Of a stretch of 64,000 nucleotides of DNA, positions 62,815 to 64,000 are shown one piece after another; the stretch's first letter is position 1; the number at the start of each line of letters is the position of its first letter. The notes under the pieces were generated by a model. It saw nothing but the letters and a program-made list of their open reading frames with translations, did no database searches and was not told the origin of the DNA. The stretch covers positions 64,001 to 128,000 of the forward strand of contig JAZDQA010000005.1 of the NCBI GenBank assembly GCA_043797085.1. Direction: 5' to 3'. Both the position numbers and the translations under genes were made by a program. This stretch comes from Pseudomonadota bacterium (GTDB lineage: Bacteria; Campylobacterota; Campylobacteria; Campylobacterales; Sulfurimonadaceae).

Positions 62815-63934
62815 AAAAATTCTGATCACTGGAGGGGCTGGATTTATCGGCTCTAATCTTGCGCTTAAGCTTATCGAAAAAGGGTATACTATTACAGTCT
62901 TGGATAACCTATCGCCACAGATTCATACAGCGAGTTCTCCTCTGTATTTTTCTATCAAAGATAAGGTTACATTCATCGAAGGCGATGTTAGAAACAAAGC
63001 TGATTGGCTTTCGGCGTTGGAGGGGCAGGATGCTGTTGTCCATCTAGCTGCTGAAACCGGTACTGGACAGTCAATGTATGAGATCGAAAAGTATGTGGAT
63101 GTTAATATCAAAGGGACGGCGATTTTACTGGATATATTGACCAATAGCAATCATTCAATCAAAAAAATACTGATCGCTTCTTCGCGATCAATTTATGGAG
63201 AAGGGAAATACAATTGTCCTAATTGCGGTGTCGTTTATCCCCATGAGCGAAAAGATGCCGACATGAGGCTTGGTGATTTTCAGGTTAAATGTCCCCTATG
63301 CGGTACTAATGTCGATTTATTGTCTACCGATGAGGAGAGTAAAATCCATCCATCGTCGCTTTACGGAATTACGAAACAAAATCAGGAACAGATGGTGTTA
63401 ACGATAGGAAAGGCTCTTAGTATCCCCTCTGTGGTATTTCGATACCAAAACGTCTACGGGCCTGGGCAATCTCTCTCGAACCCCTATACGGGGATATTAT
63501 CTATTTTTTCTACACGAATTAATAACGGAAACGATATCGTGATCTTTGAAGACGGGCTAGAGAGCCGTGATTTTGTTTACATCGATGATGTAGTGGATGC
63601 TACGATTCTTGGACTTGAAAAAGAGGAAGCCGATTTTGAGGTATTTAATGTCGGTTCAGGAAAGCGGACCGATGTGCTAACCGTTGCACAAACACTTCAA
63701 AATGAGTATGATAGCGATGTAAACATTACTATTTCTGGCAATTACCGTATGGGTGATATTCGGGATAATTATGCGGATTTGACAAAAATTACGGAAACAT
63801 TAGGATTCATCCCTAAGATTGATTTTGAAACGGGTATCCAGAGATTTGCCCAATGGGTTAAAACGCAGGAGATTATGACCGATAATTATGAAACAAGCAT
63901 TCAAGAGATAAAAGACAAAGGGTTGTTCAAATAA
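62804..63934 (+). CDS. NAD-dependent epimerase/dehydratase with four-Cys insertion (possibly WbiB-like)
   Basis: GGAGFIG, HLAAETGTGQSMY, CPNC...CPLC, YGITK, RYQNVYGPGQ. Confidence 0.8.
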   Translation: MAIKKILITGGAGFIGSNLALKLIEKGYTITVLDNLSPQIHTASSPLYFSIKDKVTFIEGDVRNKADWLSALEGQDAVVHLAAETGTGQSMYEIEKYVDVNIKGTAILLDILTNSNHSIKKILIASSRSIYGEGKYNCPNCGVVYPHERKDADMRLGDFQVKCPLCGTNVDLLSTDEESKIHPSSLYGITKQNQEQMVLTIGKALSIPSVVFRYQNVYGPGQSLSNPYTGILSIFSTRINNGNDIVIFEDGLESRDFVYIDDVVDATILGLEKEEADFEVFNVGSGKRTDVLTVAQTLQNEYDSDVNITISGNYRMGDIRDNYADLTKITETLGFIPKIDFETGIQRFAQWVKTQEIMTDNYETSIQEIKDKGLFK

Positions 63935-64000
63935 TGGGTATTAGAATTAAGCGATTTTTTTTGGCAAGCAATCTCAATAAAGGGTTGATTTGAAAATAAA

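Noticed and set aside
63934..64000. ATG overlapping the last stop codon
   Set aside because: Frame closes after 19 codons; a next gene may start near 63990 but cannot be supported within the window.

Overview
Gene-dense chromosomal segment, most likely from a free-living Campylobacterota bacterium (Sulfuricurvum/Sulfurimonas-like). This is inferred from gene order (ppiD-ftsA-ftsZ, ispB-hemA-proS-fxsA-dsb-hemC, pheST-aroA-ispH) and AAGGA-type RBSs, not from a database search. 1-19 kb is accessory: Tex, a beta-barrel OMP, a NarK/NasA transporter coupled to a PP2C-phosphatase/Ser-Thr kinase, MscL with a zinc-ribbon tail, a GAF-PAS-GGDEF-EAL sensor, a MacAB-TolC-type exporter, a DTW protein, an exported rhodanese and a TonB-dependent receptor. 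19-46.7 kb is core housekeeping. 46.8-64 kb is a mosaic surface-polysaccharide locus (galE, galU, rmlA/C/B, a legionaminic-acid-type nonulosonate pathway, flippase, candidate transferase). No rRNA, tRNA, CRISPR array, transposase or prophage was recognised. Main observations: (i) a three-copy intergenic element with compensatory base changes, always just downstream of a stop codon in sense orientation; (ii) an AT-rich CapF/FnlB-like reductase sitting in the rmlD slot; (iii) a 16-bp palindromic motif shared by the rhodanese and TonB-receptor upstream regions; (iv) a monoheme cytochrome c with a spare C-terminal Cys; (v) apparent in-frame internal deletions in a GAF domain and a MarR-type regulator. 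All assignments come from motif recognition by eye.
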